From assembly GCA_054600435.1 (NCBI GenBank), contig BAAIJX010000001.1:868001-932000 (forward strand): a stretch of 64,000 bases of DNA. Direction: 5' to 3'. Below are positions 12,214-22,057 of the stretch, piece by piece (position 1 is the stretch's first letter; every line of letters starts with the position of its first letter). The notes beneath the pieces were generated by a model. That model was not told the origin of the DNA and ran no database searches. It saw nothing but the letters and a program-made list of their open reading frames with translations. A program made the translations under genes and the position numbers. The DNA is from Neophaeotheca triangularis. Lineage: Eukaryota.

Positions 12214-14118
12214 CTAATCATAATACACCCTCGGCCGCCCAGCACCACCATACCCCTCCCTCCTCTCCGCAGCAACAAACTCAGGCCGCCTGCTCCTAGC
12301 CGATTGCTTCGTGTAATCCACGCCACGGGCCCTCCTACGTCCCTGCCGCCCAATCTCCTCACCGGGGAAATACTCCTCATACCCCTCTGCAAAATCTGTC
12401 ACCATTCTCGGCGCCCGCTCCGCATGCGGATGCAAGTATCGAGCATGATGATGAGGATAATCATCGAAAGTCTCGGCACGGCGGAAGCCAGGTCTGCCAC
12501 CAGAGTAGTCGTCGTAACCCTGTAGGCCAGCAGCGGCGCGATGCTGGTAGCGGGATGGGACTTTGCGACGGAGCGGCCTCGAGACCCCCGGTTGCATTTC
12601 GTAGCCCTCGTCGTACCGGGCGCCGGGCTCGTGGTAGTAGCGCTGCTGCCGTGGGGTTTTGCGGTGATGGAGGCTGCCGCGCGGTGGCTCGGAAGTAGGG
12701 GGTGTGCTCGGGGGCGAGGAGAGCGGGTGGCGCGATTGGCTCCAGACGTCGTCGTCGTCGCCGCCGGTGTAGTTGCTGGAGTCGCTGGAGTGGTTGTGGT
12801 GGTGGTTCTGCACGTGCAAGTCGGCAAGGCGGTCGGCCAGCATGGTATCGACTTTTGAGAGGTGCTCTTCCATGCGGTTTTCGAACTTGCGAAGCCGGCG
12901 CGCTTCTTTGTTCTTGGAGTCGCGGCGTTTGCGAGAGTCGTCGCGGCTACGGCTGCGGGAGCGAGAATGAGAGCGCCGGTGGCGGCGTGGGGAGGGTGAC
13001 GGGGTCCGTTGGCCGCGACCTCGATGGTCGCGCGGGTTGAAGGGGTCGTAGGTGTCGAGGCGCTCGTAGTCACCGCCAACGTTAGGCCCGGGAAGGAAGG
13101 GATTCTCGTAGGGGATGCGAGGGTCTGGGAAGTTCTGCTGTTGGTTGGGATGAGGGCGATCGTGGTGTTGCGGCTGCGGATGGAAGGGGTGCTCTTGGGG
13201 CTGTTGTGGTGGCAAATTTACATTGATGGGAATAGCGTTCGGCGGAGGACCTTGGTTTGCGAAGGGATCGGGTCCGAAATTGTCGAATCTGGGCTGTTGG
13301 TAGTCGGATTGGAACTCAGGCTGTGGCGGGAACGGTTGTGGGTCCCGAGGTGGTGGATGAGGACCGTCAGGGAAGACATCGACCATGGGATCGTTCGAAA
13401 CGTCTACGTCGCCGGCATCCTCATATTTCTTGGTCTTTTTCCCGTTCTTCTTTTCCTTCTTGGTAGGGATGTTGTTCTCTTCTACAGGTAACCTAGCAGG
13501 CTCCGCCAAATCAACAATCTCACCAAAAGCATAAGCTCCAGTCCCCTGAGGCACAGAGTGTATCCCGGCCTTAGCAGTAAGTTTGTCCTGCCGCTTAAGC
13601 ACGATCTGCAATCTCTTAACCTGACGCTCAGTCCACTTCCAGTCGACCTCCTTCTGTACATCCACAAGCATCCAATCGGCATTAGGGTGGTTCTCCCTCA
13701 GCTTACGGTCCGCGATAATGCGGTTGATGATGCCTTGCTGGTTCGAAGACAGACGTCGGAAATCCTCAATCGGCGTCGTCTTGGAGCGTCTGCGGTGCGC
13801 TTTCACCATGCTGACGAGTTTGGCTTCGTCGAAAGGGAGGGCGCGTTTGCCCACGCGCTGCCAGGTTAGGCCTTGGCCGACGGTTTGGGGCGGTGCTTTG
13901 GAGAGCATCCAGCCCTCGAATTTGATCTCGACGGGGTTTTCTTGTTGGGTTTTGTCGGCCTTGAACTTTTTGTTGTTCTTCTTGGATGGCAGCTCGACGT
14001 AGTCGTCGCTGACTCCCTGTGCCATCGGTGGCGGTCCGTATTGGTCGTCCTGGTTTGGGAAACTGTCGATCGGGTACTGATCGAAGTTGTTGTTCTGAGC
14101 GTCATTGTTCCTGGGCAT
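12214..14118 (-). CDS. Hypothetical 634-aa protein: folded-looking N-terminal domain, Pro/Gln-rich middle, RS/His-rich C-terminal half
   Basis: Long uninterrupted ATG-started ORF with coding-like composition; no family recognised. Confidence 0.75.
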   Translation of the reverse strand: MPRNNDAQNNNFDQYPIDSFPNQDDQYGPPPMAQGVSDDYVELPSKKNNKKFKADKTQQENPVEIKFEGWMLSKAPPQTVGQGLTWQRVGKRALPFDEAKLVSMVKAHRRRSKTTPIEDFRRLSSNQQGIINRIIADRKLRENHPNADWMLVDVQKEVDWKWTERQVKRLQIVLKRQDKLTAKAGIHSVPQGTGAYAFGEIVDLAEPARLPVEENNIPTKKEKKNGKKTKKYEDAGDVDVSNDPMVDVFPDGPHPPPRDPQPFPPQPEFQSDYQQPRFDNFGPDPFANQGPPPNAIPINVNLPPQQPQEHPFHPQPQHHDRPHPNQQQNFPDPRIPYENPFLPGPNVGGDYERLDTYDPFNPRDHRGRGQRTPSPSPRRHRRSHSRSRSRSRDDSRKRRDSKNKEARRLRKFENRMEEHLSKVDTMLADRLADLHVQNHHHNHSSDSSNYTGGDDDDVWSQSRHPLSSPPSTPPTSEPPRGSLHHRKTPRQQRYYHEPGARYDEGYEMQPGVSRPLRRKVPSRYQHRAAAGLQGYDDYSGGRPGFRRAETFDDYPHHHARYLHPHAERAPRMVTDFAEGYEEYFPGEEIGRQGRRRARGVDYTKQSARSRRPEFVAAERREGYGGAGRPRVYYD

Positions 14119-15872
14119 GATGCCTGGGTCTTTGGGGGTGGTCGGGCAATCCTTGGTGGGGAGTGCTTGGGTATAAGTATTGCTAGCAATGGCAAGGACG
14201 AGTAGTCAACTGGCAGAGAGTGTTCTCGGAGCCAAGCGGGGCGGTAAGGTCAAAAGGAGAGGGTGGAGGAGAAGGCAAGAAAGAAAAGCAAAGCTATCGA
14301 AGGGCAGACTCGATTTATCAACACTTGCGCGGCCCAGAGTCAACACAGTCGCAAGACCAAAAGGTTGCCTATGTACCGGGGCGAAGGACGCCTACCATGA
14401 TACTTGTTGCCCCTCCACTTCATCCAACCCTCCAAGAGTATCGTAAGCAACGACCATCCCTTCCACAACCAAAAGCCGGAGCTTGTCAACCCAAGCGAGC
14501 GTATATGGAAGCGCGGCTGGAGGTGGTGTGCGTATGTCGCGGAGGAAAGCAGTATGCGCGAAGGCACCTGACGTTTCTGCTTAGCAGGGCGTAAAAGGTC
14601 AAGGTTGCCTTTCGGTATGGATGTAGGCAAATACAACAAGGCAACCGCAATTCTTTGGAGAGCTCTTCGATGCTGGGCGGGGCGCAGTCAAAGGCATTGA
14701 TGCAGCCTGGGGCGGCCCCGGCTGAGCTTGGGTCGAAGCGAATGGTCTGTATCCAAGTACCGCGCTCTGTATACGCTCCAAAGCCATTGTTGGTGCGGCT
14801 CTATTGGTATTATTGTCACGGCCTTTTTTTTTTCTCTTTTTTCTTTTTTTTTTGGCATTGTCACTCCTAACCAGTGACGCCTTACCGCCGGTGAGTTCCC
14901 ATACCAGACCTGATTAACACGGATCCAAGCTCCAACGCGCTCGAGCGAGACGGCAAGTTGGCCTGATCGCATTCCGCGACCGGTGAGCTCGCAAGACGTA
15001 TAGGATCCTGATTCGAAACCCTGCTCCTCGCGTCATCAAACCATTCTCGGAAACGCAACGAGCCGTAGACCCAATCCCCCCCACACCACCCAGAAATGTC
15101 TTCTGCAAGTGAAGCAGGCAATGTCTCACCTTCCAGATGACTCCCCTCGAGTGAGTCTGCCTTCACGACGCTCGTGATCAAGGGGGTTGATTGGAAGTCG
15201 CTTTAAGCTATATGTGACTGTTCTGGGGACGTTCTGCTCTTGCAGGTCCCGAAGTTTCGTCCACTGGCTCGTTTTTGAAACTACCAGAGCCACGCCCTGC
15301 GCTTTCATGCTTCTCATCTATGCGTCCTCTGCTTGCGCCTGCGAGACCCGCTTCAACACAGGCGATCATCATGTCGGTACTGGTTCGCAAAGGAGTCCGA
15401 GAGGGTGGCGAAGCGCGTTGGAGTTGGATGGTCGATAGTCGAGGATTTGAAGGCGGGGGCTGTGCGCTGGCAAAAGCTCTCTGCATTGCATTGCAGCTGC
15501 AGCTGTAAAACGAGGCGAACGAACGATTTTGCATCAGCTGAGATGCGCCTCCAAAACAGTTCGCTTGTTCCGTTTTTCAGGATCTCAGAGCCTCCACGAA
15601 GACCGCAGGCAACATCCGGGCATTGAGAAAGTCTTCGCTTCGTTGGTTTGATATTTGAGGTTGTTCGAGGACGTCAGCCTCGTGTGACAAGGCTGAGAGA
15701 GATTATGGCAGGCGCTCGGAAGCCTATTTGGAAGGCGCAGATGGAAGACGGGCATTCAAAATGTGTCCGCTTCGCAATGTCCCCCAGCGCTGGAGCCTTG
15801 CCTCCGGAAAGCGATCGAGACATCTGACAGACGGTGACAGCGCCCCTCGAAGAAAGACCTCACAAGGCCAGA

Positions 15873-17227
15873 TCAGTGCCCAGTCAAAGCCTGCGCCAAA
15901 TCCCTTAGCACGCTCCCATGCCTCTCGGAATCCTCACTCCTCGCCGCCAGCCTCCCCAAATCCCTCGAACTCTCCCCAACAAAATAACCCATATCCGGGC
16001 CTTCAGCCGTCCAGTCCACTCTCTGCATCCTACACTTACGATTCCTGCTACCCTCGTTCGGACCATCCGTCGCATGAAAAAGCGCAACAGTCTCGTTTCC
16101 CGCTTGCAAGAAATTGCCGTGACCAGGACCATAAGGGCCCTGACCGTCGGGTCGATTTTGGAGCAAAGGCTTCGCGCTCTTTTGCCAGCAAGATGGATCG
16201 AGAGGGTCGGTGCCGATGAGTTGCAGAGTTGCCATTTTATAGCTCTTGGTCCAGCTTCCAGCGCACGAGTAAACGAGACCTTGCCAGCTGGCATCAGGTG
16301 AGGTGAGCCATTGAGGGCCTTCATTGATGCCGGCTTTGCCAGAGAATTCCCAGTCGTTGTCGGGTTTGGAGATTGCGATGGGAGGGGTGGCGGCGGTTGT
16401 TGGGTCGCTGAGGCGGAGGATGTAGAGTTTTTGCTCTGATTCGCGTGGGTCGACAAGATCCCAGCCAGAGTAGACGAAATAGACTTGGTTTTCGTGTTTG
16501 AATACTGTGCCGTCGATGGACCATTGGCTTTGGTCCATGCCGGCTATGGGGCCTAGGAATTCCCAGGGCCCGCCGTGGGGGTCTCGAGATTCGGGTGGTC
16601 CGCCTAAGACATAGCTTCGGTGGCTTTTGTTGCCTTTCTTGGGATCTTGGGCGGCGAAGTATATGTACCATCGTCCGTTGAGTGCATGGAGCTCCGGGGC
16701 CCAGAGGCGCTCGGAGTAGTCCGAGTCTTGTGGTGGCCACCTGACTGTAAAGTTAGTAGATCCTCTGGGTGCTTGTCAAGGGGCTTGCGTACCACACTGC
16801 GCCTACATGCGGTTTCTCGTAGAAGTCAAGCAAGCTACCAGAGTCCCACATTGGGATACGGTTGTTTGCAGTGAAGGTCTAGATAGTATTAGCAATGACC
16901 CCGATGCAGCCTTGCAAAAGAGTTTCCAGGCAACAAACACACCATGTAGAATTTCCCATGAGCGTAGATGACATACGGATCCGGCGTGGGCTTCGAGGTG
17001 ATGTCGCAACAATAATGGTCTTCCGTCATGATCGCACCGCCTTCAGATTCCTGCCGTAAGACCATCTTACCAGCAGCTTTTGTAGTGTTACCAGCGACGT
17101 CGACAATAGCAAGATTCTCTTCAATCAGTCGACGTTTGATGAGCCCATCAAAGGTTATGATCGTCAACAGCAGTATCAACGACAAGACGCCTGCCATGAG
17201 AAAGGAAGAGAGAGGACGAAGGGCCAT
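15873..17227 (-). CDS. Glycoside hydrolase family 43 (alpha-L-arabinofuranosidase-like)
   Basis: Exons 17227-16943 (alternative start 17029), 16878-16793, 16740-15873; introns of 64 and 52 nt. The spliced product carries GH43 motifs PDPY, LWAPELH, SIDG, INEGP, GPGHG. Confidence 0.88.
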
Positions 17228-17620
17228 TGTAAAGGCAAGCTGGTGGTGACTAAGCGTTGTAGATCTTGGCCGGTTCCAGATTCAGGGGGAAAGTGATGAA
17301 TAGGCATGATATGAGAACGACAGTTTTCTTGCTTTATATATTGGCTGACTGTGTCAATGTCCTCACCTAGTCGAATTCTTACCTCTTGCTATTAAGTCGC
17401 GTGTAGCGTTTGAGGACATACTTGCAGTGGCTGTAATCAAGCCATAGACGATTGGATCTTCAAACGCAGGAAACGGAACTGCTCTTGTCTGCCCGACAAC
17501 TTGAAAAGCGGCGTTCAATCTATCCATCCTTAGCATAATTTAACGTCCAAGCTGTTATCCCCTACCAAACGCAACAGGTATCTTCCGAAAGAGTTTCCTC
17601 CTTCTACTTCTTCAGAGCAC

Positions 17621-18448
17621 TCAATTCGCCGTCCCCGGCCTGCTCCCATTCGTACTCGCAGTCTGCGCAGTACCAGGCCTGACTCCCTCCTTCGCCTTCC
17701 CAGCAAAAGCAGAATGTTCCGCATGCTTCTTGTAGTAATAACTGCCATCCCTCGGCCTCAGTCCGTCAGAGACCCCACTCAAAACCGTCTCCTTGATCCT
17801 TTCGATCCCCTCCTCGTGCGCAGCATCTCTATTCCAAATCTGCACAAGCAGAGAGTTGAACCTCACAGCAAGACTGATACCACAAATATCGTCCCTGAAA
17901 GTCGTCCGATCGCTTTCAACAGCCGACTGCAGCTGCTCGCCTATTGCCATCATGCAGACCTCTTTCCAAAACTCTGACGCTACAGCTTTCGGGACCCGGA
18001 AGGTCCAGCAGCCACCGCGAGAGTTACGGGGGTCTTCCCAGATGGGTTTGACGCCGCGGTGGAAGAGGTGGATGCTATCGCGCAGGGGCAGCTGCAGGAC
18101 ATCGAAGTTATTGAAGACGTTCCAGAAGGCTTTGACGTCGGAGACTTGAGCTAGATGTACGAGGCGGGTTTCGTAGGTTGCTGGATCGAGGTCTGTTGGG
18201 GGTGGAGGAGGAACGCCCGAGAAGTTGTCAGCGGTGGGTTGGGGTTGTTGCGGTTGCGGCGCACGGTCTTGACGGTCGTGCCAGAAGTCCCAGGTACAGA
18301 CGAGCGGGGGGGCACGGTTCTTCTTTTGTAGGCGTGATTGAAGGAAGTCCCGCATTTCAGCACCCCTGGCTGGGGAGCTTGTTGCGGCTTGCTCATCGGC
18401 GGTGATGTTGGACAGGCCGGAGACTTGGAGACGAGGTGGGTTGGCCAT
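17621..18448 (-). CDS. Translation initiation factor eIF4E family protein (class III-like)
   Basis: From ATG 18448 (MANPPRL): TWDFWHD, VKAFWNVFNN, HLFHRGVKPIWEDPRNSRGGCW, DDICGISLAVR, VQIWNRD, YKKH, which is the IF4E signature. Confidence 0.9.
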   Translation of the reverse strand: MANPPRLQVSGLSNITADEQAATSSPARGAEMRDFLQSRLQKKNRAPPLVCTWDFWHDRQDRAPQPQQPQPTADNFSGVPPPPPTDLDPATYETRLVHLAQVSDVKAFWNVFNNFDVLQLPLRDSIHLFHRGVKPIWEDPRNSRGGCWTFRVPKAVASEFWKEVCMMAIGEQLQSAVESDRTTFRDDICGISLAVRFNSLLVQIWNRDAAHEEGIERIKETVLSGVSDGLRPRDGSYYYKKHAEHSAFAGKAKEGVRPGTAQTASTNGSRPGTAN

Positions 18449-19290
18449 GGCGGTGATGTCGACAGAGCTAGAGTGGATATGATGAGGTGTTTTGAAGCAA
18501 GTCTGCGTAGTAATAAGACTACAGTGGCTCTGTTTGTGCCTGATGATCAGCCAAGGGGGGCCTGATGCAGCCGACCGTGATTGTTCCTCTCTTCCGCCCT
18601 TTGTCCAACAGCGTCTTTCAGCGAGGTCGGGGACGGTGACGGTGATGGTGATGGTGATGGGCAAGGAAGTAGTGTTGGTACATGGCTGATGGTGAGTTGC
18701 AACAGACTTGGCTCAATTTCCCGGTATATGAAACGACACAGGATACAAAAGACTCGTACTGTAATAATGAATAACACGAGTTACACCACCCAGTCCACCG
18801 TCCACCCCCCGACCTTGACAATCTCCGGGCACGGGCGCAGCTTGCGGCCTGAAACAAGGACGTGGGACGTGCAAGACGTGACGGGATGTTTGGCGCCTGA
18901 GGTACATTGATTAAGGTACCTACCTAGCCTTTGACTAGCGAGCAGCTTGGCCGGATTTAGTTAGCGTGTCTCTGGTGAGTGAATTCCAAGTGGAAGTGGG
19001 ATGGATGACGACAGCGGGGTAGACAGCCGCTTATCGATAAGGTCATCTAGGTAGGTAAGACGAGACGAGACTGCTTCGACTTCGGACGAGAGCAGCGACA
19101 TCGCCTCGGTCTGTCTTTACGCTTTTTACGCTTCACCTACCTACCTTACCTAACCGCTTGGGACTGATTATTTGACTTCTGCCTCTCCCTTGTCTCCTGC
19201 CTCACTTCACACCACACTTCTCCCCCACCCACCCACACGCATTACGACCGCCACCTGCCCTCCCCCTCCTCCACCAAAAACAGACCCACC

Positions 19291-20490
19291 ATGGCCTCTG
19301 CCGAACTCACCACCCCGGCCACCACCGCCCCAACCCCAACTCCCGCCCAAACAATCAAAATCGGCACCCGGCGCTCCCTCCTCGCCCAAGTCCAGGCCCG
19401 CGAAGTAGAACGCCAACTCAAGCAAGCATGGCCGCAACACAGCTTCGAAATCGTCGCCATGGCCACAACAGGCGACAACAACCAAACAACCGCGCTCCAC
19501 AAATTCAACGACAAAGCCCTCTGGACACAAGAGCTGGAAGCCCTGCTCCAGAAAAAAGAGCTAAGCATCATCGTGCACTGCCTGAAAGACATGCCCACCC
19601 AGCTGCCGGCCGACTGCACAATCGGCTGCATCACCCAGCGCGAAGACCCTCGCGACGCGTTCGTCCTCAAAGGCAGCTTGCGCGGTAAATACACCACTCT
19701 TGCACAATTGCCTGAAGGCAGCGTCGTCGGCACTAGCAGCTTGCGCCGCACCGCGCAGATGAAGCGCCAGTTCTCGCACCTCAAGTACGCCGATGTTCGT
19801 GGCAACATCGGAACCCGCTTGGCCAAACTCGATAACCCTGAGTCCGAGTACTCGGCTATTGTCATTGCAGCGGCGGGGCTAGCGCGGTTGGGAATGAGCG
19901 ATCGCATTACCGCGTACTTGTCCACGGAAAACGGCGGGATGCTACACGCAGTCGGTCAAGGAGCGTTGGCAATCGAGATCCGGCAAGAAGACGAGGGGAT
20001 GCGCACGCTACTGGCACCTATCGGACACGAGCGGACCACACTAGCGGGCCTAGCAGAGCGGTCGCTGATGCGCACCTTGGAAGGCGGGTGCTCGGTCCCG
20101 ATCGGGGTGGAAACAAAGTGGGTTTCCAAGTCAGCCTCGCTGGCTTCCAACGTCGGCACGGGCGTGGGCGTCGGCATCAAGCCTGCGGAAGACTACCACC
20201 AGCTCTCCGGCGTCGCGCGACCGCAAAGCTCGCCCGCGCAAGATCCGCTCGCGAGCGCCGGTGACGATCACGACGAGCTGACGGATGAGCTGGTGATGAA
20301 GGCGATTGTGTGTTCGCTGGACGGGCAGGAGGCGGCGGAAGTGGAAATGCGGAGGCGTCTTACTAACCGCGAGGATGCCGATGAGTTTGGCTGGGAAGTT
20401 GCGAAGGCGTTGGTGGATCGCGGCGCCGCTAAAATTTTGGAGGCTATCAATCTGAATAGGGGGATCATACATGAGCAGGGCGAGGCATGA
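19291..20490 (+). CDS. HEM3: Porphobilinogen deaminase (hydroxymethylbilane synthase)
   Basis: IGTRRSLLAQVQ, VHCLKDMPT, REDPRDA, VGTSSLRR, RGNIGTRLAKL, AVGQGAL, and the cofactor Cys in LEGGCSVPIG. Confidence 0.97.
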   Translation: MASAELTTPATTAPTPTPAQTIKIGTRRSLLAQVQAREVERQLKQAWPQHSFEIVAMATTGDNNQTTALHKFNDKALWTQELEALLQKKELSIIVHCLKDMPTQLPADCTIGCITQREDPRDAFVLKGSLRGKYTTLAQLPEGSVVGTSSLRRTAQMKRQFSHLKYADVRGNIGTRLAKLDNPESEYSAIVIAAAGLARLGMSDRITAYLSTENGGMLHAVGQGALAIEIRQEDEGMRTLLAPIGHERTTLAGLAERSLMRTLEGGCSVPIGVETKWVSKSASLASNVGTGVGVGIKPAEDYHQLSGVARPQSSPAQDPLASAGDDHDELTDELVMKAIVCSLDGQEAAEVEMRRRLTNREDADEFGWEVAKALVDRGAAKILEAINLNRGIIHEQGEA

Positions 20491-21066
20491 GGCGGAGCTG
20501 CTTTGCGGGAGAGCCGTTGAAGCACGTCGTTTACGGACAAAATATGGCTTTTACAACGAGTTGAAGCGTACATCTTGAGGCGTGTGGAACAAAAAGGGGT
20601 TGTCAGGAGGGTCAGGGTTTGGGTTGCTGGTATCTCACACTCGAGCGACGAGAAGGTCGAATCTGGGCATGGCTACCTCTATACAAAACGCATGGTATCT
20701 TGCTCGATGCATACCTCCGGCCAAACGTACCAAATCGTATCCACAAGCGATTGAAGTGTGCAAGAAGTCATGAAGTCTAAAGTGACAATCACTCCACTTA
20801 CTTCCCGCTTGTTCCTGACCTTATCCAATATTGTCCTTTGCCCGGATAGTAGGTAACGTACCTACTCAGTTAGAACCGGACCAACTTCACCCAAAACCCC
20901 ACCCTTCTCTTCACCTTGAGACAGAAAGCGCCTGAAAAGCGACACAGACATAACTAGACGAAGAGTTTTCATCAAGATTCAAAAGAACCGCTTGCTACGA
21001 AACTCATAAAAAGACATCAAAACAAACAACAGCAGAAGAACGAAAAAGAAAAAGAGAAAAGCACAC

Positions 21067-21093
21067 CCATGCCATGCCATGCCATGCCATGCC
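21067..21093 (+). repeat. (CCATG)5 pentanucleotide microsatellite
   Basis: ccatgccatgccatgccatgccatgcc read directly. Confidence 0.85.
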
Positions 21094-21568
21094 GTACTAT
21101 GCTATACCATCCTCATGCCCAAGGCCCAGCCCACACCCGAGTCCACAAGCAAGTCCAACACTGAACGCAAAAAAACCCGCTCCTTCCGTCCGCATTTCAT
21201 CCGTCTGTTTTTGTCTATCAGCCCATTGCAAAAACCCCGAATGCGCGGACCGTGCCACTCCGTGCTGGACCCAGCAGTACCCCCCATCCCCTGCCCCGGA
21301 CCCCCCCCAATCCCAGCGCACGCGCGCCATACGTGCAACCGTCGTTCATCTATAGGTGGGTTAATCGCTCTGTTTTCTTCTCAATCGTGGGAAAGCTCTT
21401 CTTGTAAATGCTGGAAGTGCGGCCCCTAGACTCCCTTCCACATCATTCCCCATCGCTGGCTCCACACGCCTCGCGCATCCGTCTTCGTGATGGATTCTGA
21501 GACCGCCGAAGACCAGGGAGAGAATTGAAATAAGCAGCCCCCTCCCAGCTGCAACAGTAAAGTACCGG

Positions 21569-21584
21569 CGCGCGCGCGCGCGCG
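21569..21584. repeat. Perfect (CG)8 alternating purine-pyrimidine tract
   Basis: cgcgcgcgcgcgcgcg read directly, downstream of the Zn2Cys6 gene. Confidence 0.9.
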
Positions 21585-22057
21585 TCGATTGGAAAAACGT
21601 AGTGATGCTGCTTGTTTGCCAGACAAGATGAAACATGCTGCCAAAGATGGAAAAAATCTCAGGCCAGAGAACCCCGGGAAGTGAGACGGGAGGGAAAGAA
21701 ATAAAGAAATTCGTAGCTTTCGTCAGGGTGTGCGGCGCGACAGGGGCGGATGTTGGTGGGCTTGTGCGTGCCTGGTGTGGGGAGGTGGCAGAGTCGCGCC
21801 GCGATGGGATGTGGGGAGGGACCTTTTGGTAAATTTTGGTTGGTGATGATGAGCGCTTGCTTTTTGGAGATGTAGGAGACGTGCTAGATTTCTGGGCTTC
21901 CCTTCTCGGCTGTCGGATTTTCGTCTTTGGTCTCGGGGCTGCGTTCGGGTCCAGTTATGCATCGCTAGAGGGCCAATAGAAGATGCTGAGGGGCAGCATA
22001 GGGAGTCTAGCGATGTCCCTCCACCCCAGACCCCACATGTCATATCCACCGCACCGC

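Noticed and set aside
14119..15872. 1.75-kb gap considered as telomerase RNA, RNase P/MRP RNA or a decayed gene
   Set aside because: No TAACCCTAA template, no convincing P4 consensus, and the short ORFs match nothing I recognise. An Infernal or BLASTX search would settle it.
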